Of a DNA stretch of 18,416 nucleotides, positions 16,617 through 18,416 are shown piece by piece. Under the pieces are notes generated by a model. It made no database searches and was not told the origin of the DNA. It saw nothing but the letters and a program-made list of their open reading frames with translations. The DNA lies in the UHGV virus genome UHGV-0317024. The stretch is one strand, 5' to 3'. Position 1 is the first letter of the stretch; the number at the start of each line of letters is the position of its first letter. Source of the stretch: a virus. The translations under genes were made by a program, and so were the position numbers.

Positions 16617-17807
16617 TTAATTGCTGTTAACCGAGGTGACCAGATTTGCCAGGTATTTATCGGTAATACGCTGGCGCAGGGTCAGGTTTTCAAGAGGAGG
16701 CACCGGTGTATAGTCGTAGTCGATATACAGTTTTCCGGCCTTGAGGGTTTCCGCATCGTTGGATTCTTCGCTGAACCAGCAGGTCGCATCCACGATATAG
16801 CCGTTTGTTTTCAGCTCACGGAATTTGGCATTGATGCCGTCAACGATGTCGCGAATCAGCGTTGCAGTGATGGGCTTGTCCACCGCCCACATGTGCGCCT
16901 CAGCCATCGTGTCGGCCAGCACCTGCGCGGTGCGGGTGTAGTTTTCAAAGAGGAACAGCGGGTCATCAGAGCAGGTACGGTTACCCCAGAAGCGGAAACC
17001 GTCACGGCGAATCAGCGTTGTGACGCCTGACTCGTTAAGCAGGTCAGCATCAGTACCGGACTCCTGCAAATCCCAGAATACAGAGGCGCTGATGCCGGTA
17101 ACACCGTTCACCCCGACATTGGACAGCGTTTTATGCCAGCCCTGCTCCTGGTCGATTTTAGCGCGCAGCCCCAGCGCACGGGCGGTGGCATACGCGGTGG
17201 CGGTGGTACTGGTGACCGTATCCCATGCGAGGAAATTCGGCCAGATGACCATCAGCTCACGCTGGCTGAAATTCTGACGGTAGGCTTTCACCTCGGAAAT
17301 GGTTTTACAGCCCCATGCGCTGATATACCCGAAAGCGCGCAGCTTCTGACAGACTGATGCCAGTGCAACAGCCACCTCTTTGGTATCCAGTCCCGGCACG
17401 CCGAGAATACGCGGTTTAACACCAGTTACCGACTCCGCCGCCAGCAGGGCTTTCAGTCCGGTGTACTGACCGTTTTCGTCGGTGGTGCCGATGATATTGG
17501 AAACGGTCTGCGCGAGTTTCGTTTCTTCGTCATCGCCGGTGCCGTCTTCCACGCGCACGACAACGGTGACCGGTTTTGACTGGTCGGCGATGGCCTGCAA
17601 CGATGCCGCCAGCGTGCCTTTTTTACCGGCCTTTGCAATTGCGCTCTGCACATTGGTAATCAGCACAGGTTTATTGAGGGGGAAGGTTTCCGCATCCGCA
17701 TCGCTGGCCGTGCAGACCATGCCGACAATGGCCGTGGATACGGTGGAAATGACGCGGGTGCCGTCGTTAATCTCCAGCACCTGCACGCCGTGATGATAGT
17801 CACTCAT
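16617..17807 (-). CDS. FI: Contractile tail sheath protein gpFI-like, 396 aa
   Basis: Same length and position as P2 FI; SD GGAG upstream of the ATG. Confidence 0.9.
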   Translation of the reverse strand: MSDYHHGVQVLEINDGTRVISTVSTAIVGMVCTASDADAETFPLNKPVLITNVQSAIAKAGKKGTLAASLQAIADQSKPVTVVVRVEDGTGDDEETKLAQTVSNIIGTTDENGQYTGLKALLAAESVTGVKPRILGVPGLDTKEVAVALASVCQKLRAFGYISAWGCKTISEVKAYRQNFSQRELMVIWPNFLAWDTVTSTTATAYATARALGLRAKIDQEQGWHKTLSNVGVNGVTGISASVFWDLQESGTDADLLNESGVTTLIRRDGFRFWGNRTCSDDPLFLFENYTRTAQVLADTMAEAHMWAVDKPITATLIRDIVDGINAKFRELKTNGYIVDATCWFSEESNDAETLKAGKLYIDYDYTPVPPLENLTLRQRITDKYLANLVTSVNSN

Positions 17808-17866
17808 CCGTTTAACTCCGTGGTTAATGGGTGAGTGGTATTTTCAGTTGTGCCGGAGATGTCAGG

Positions 17867-18244
17867 CTATTTGTCCCGGTTGGCTAAGGGATGACACAAT
17901 TTATTCTTTGTCGCTGATGAGGGGAATTTTTTATAGAGCGTGGACAGGCCAATATCAAAAATCAGCGCCACGCGTTGACGTGATTCACCCGCAGCCAGCA
18001 ACCGTCCTGCCTGTTCCCACTCACTCGCGGTGAGCTTCGGACGTCTGCCACCAATACGACCTTTAGCTCTGGCCGCTTCCAGTCCGGCGCGAGTCCGCTC
18101 GACAATGAGTTCTCGTTCCATTTCAGCCAGGGCACCCATCACATGAAAGAAAAAACGTCCCATCGGCGTGCTGGTATCAATGGCATCCGTCAGGCTGCGA
18201 ACAACGTTTATGAAAATGCAGAGATAACGGGCAAGTGGCATCAT
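17867..18244 (-). pseudogene. N-terminally truncated serine DNA invertase (Gin/Hin/Pin family) remnant; catalytic domain start absent
   Basis: Residues from [36 protein letters not shown]... to the C-terminal HTH align with about residues 88-190 of Gin/Hin-type invertases. The first ~12 residues of the ORF have no invertase similarity and the N-terminal ~85 residues, including the catalytic Ser, are missing. Confidence 0.65.
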
Positions 18245-18271
18245 CTCCGGTTTTTATTCAGGGGGATGCTC

Positions 18272-18416
18272 ATGCTTATTGGCTATGTACGCGTATCAAC
18301 AAATGACCAGAACACGGAATTGCAGCGTAACGCGCTGGAGTGCGCGGGATGTGAGCGGATTTTTGAGGACAAAATCAGCGGCACGAAGTCCGACAGGCCG
18401 GGACTGAAAAAACTGC
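18272..18416 (+). CDS. Serine DNA invertase (Gin/Hin/Pin family), N-terminal part; 3' end lies outside the window
   Basis: Hand translation gives [48 protein letters not shown], the canonical invertase N-terminus with the catalytic serine in [16 protein letters not shown] 6 nt upstream. Not in the ORF track because no stop falls inside the window. Confidence 0.85.
   Translation, partial: MLIGYVRVSTNDQNTELQRNALECAGCERIFEDKISGTKSDRPGLKKL

Noticed and set aside
17808-17900. Ogr-dependent late promoter (TGT-N12-ACA dyad) expected upstream of FI
   Set aside because: A late promoter should exist here, but I found no TGT-N12-ACA element with correct spacing in 17841-17900, so no promoter is annotated.
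18205-18230. 26-bp stretch CGTTTATGAAAATGCAGAGATAACGG as a possible invertase crossover (gix/hix-like) site at the homology breakpoint of the invertase remnant
   Set aside because: Only the outer ends (CGTTTAT/ATAACG) show dyad symmetry and the centre lacks the AAACC...GGTTT core of known hix/gix sites. The resemblance is too weak to call without sequence beyond the window.
1-18416. CRISPR arrays, tRNA or rRNA genes, IS elements
   Set aside because: No regularly spaced short repeats, no cloverleaf-compatible ~75-nt segment and no transposase-like ORF with terminal inverted repeats were seen; the only recombinases are the phage integrase and the invertase genes.

Overview
This window reads as a contiguous arc of a P2-like (Peduovirus-type) temperate phage genome, identified by gene order, protein lengths and signature sequences. 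Left to right: the 3' end of the terminase large subunit gene and the portal gene (P, Q), a terminator, and an exact match to the 19-nt P2 cos cohesive end (1586-1604). Next comes a visibly AT-rich ~3.3 kb cargo island (1843-5155) at the position where P2 carries its old/tin exclusion genes. It holds three genes of unknown function: a 313-aa protein, a 2-TM membrane protein, and an ImmA/IrrE-type HEXXH metallopeptidase, followed by ~1.1 kb of gene-poor DNA with a small SD-led ORF and 14-nt direct repeats. I consider this island the best candidate for an undescribed accessory (possibly anti-phage or abortive-infection) module, but its function is inferred from context only. The rest is conserved backbone on the minus strand: replication gene A, four small early genes including a TraR/DksA zinc-finger protein, B and cox; then the immunity switch, C repressor, integrase, an apparently intact attP with paired TGTCCACA arm repeats, ogr, and tail genes D, U, T, E/E+E' (-1 frameshift at TTTTTTG), FII and FI. 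The window ends in a second variable locus with an N-terminally truncated DNA-invertase remnant facing the start of another invertase gene. Because cos and attP are both intact and contiguous, this is not a simple single integrated prophage.
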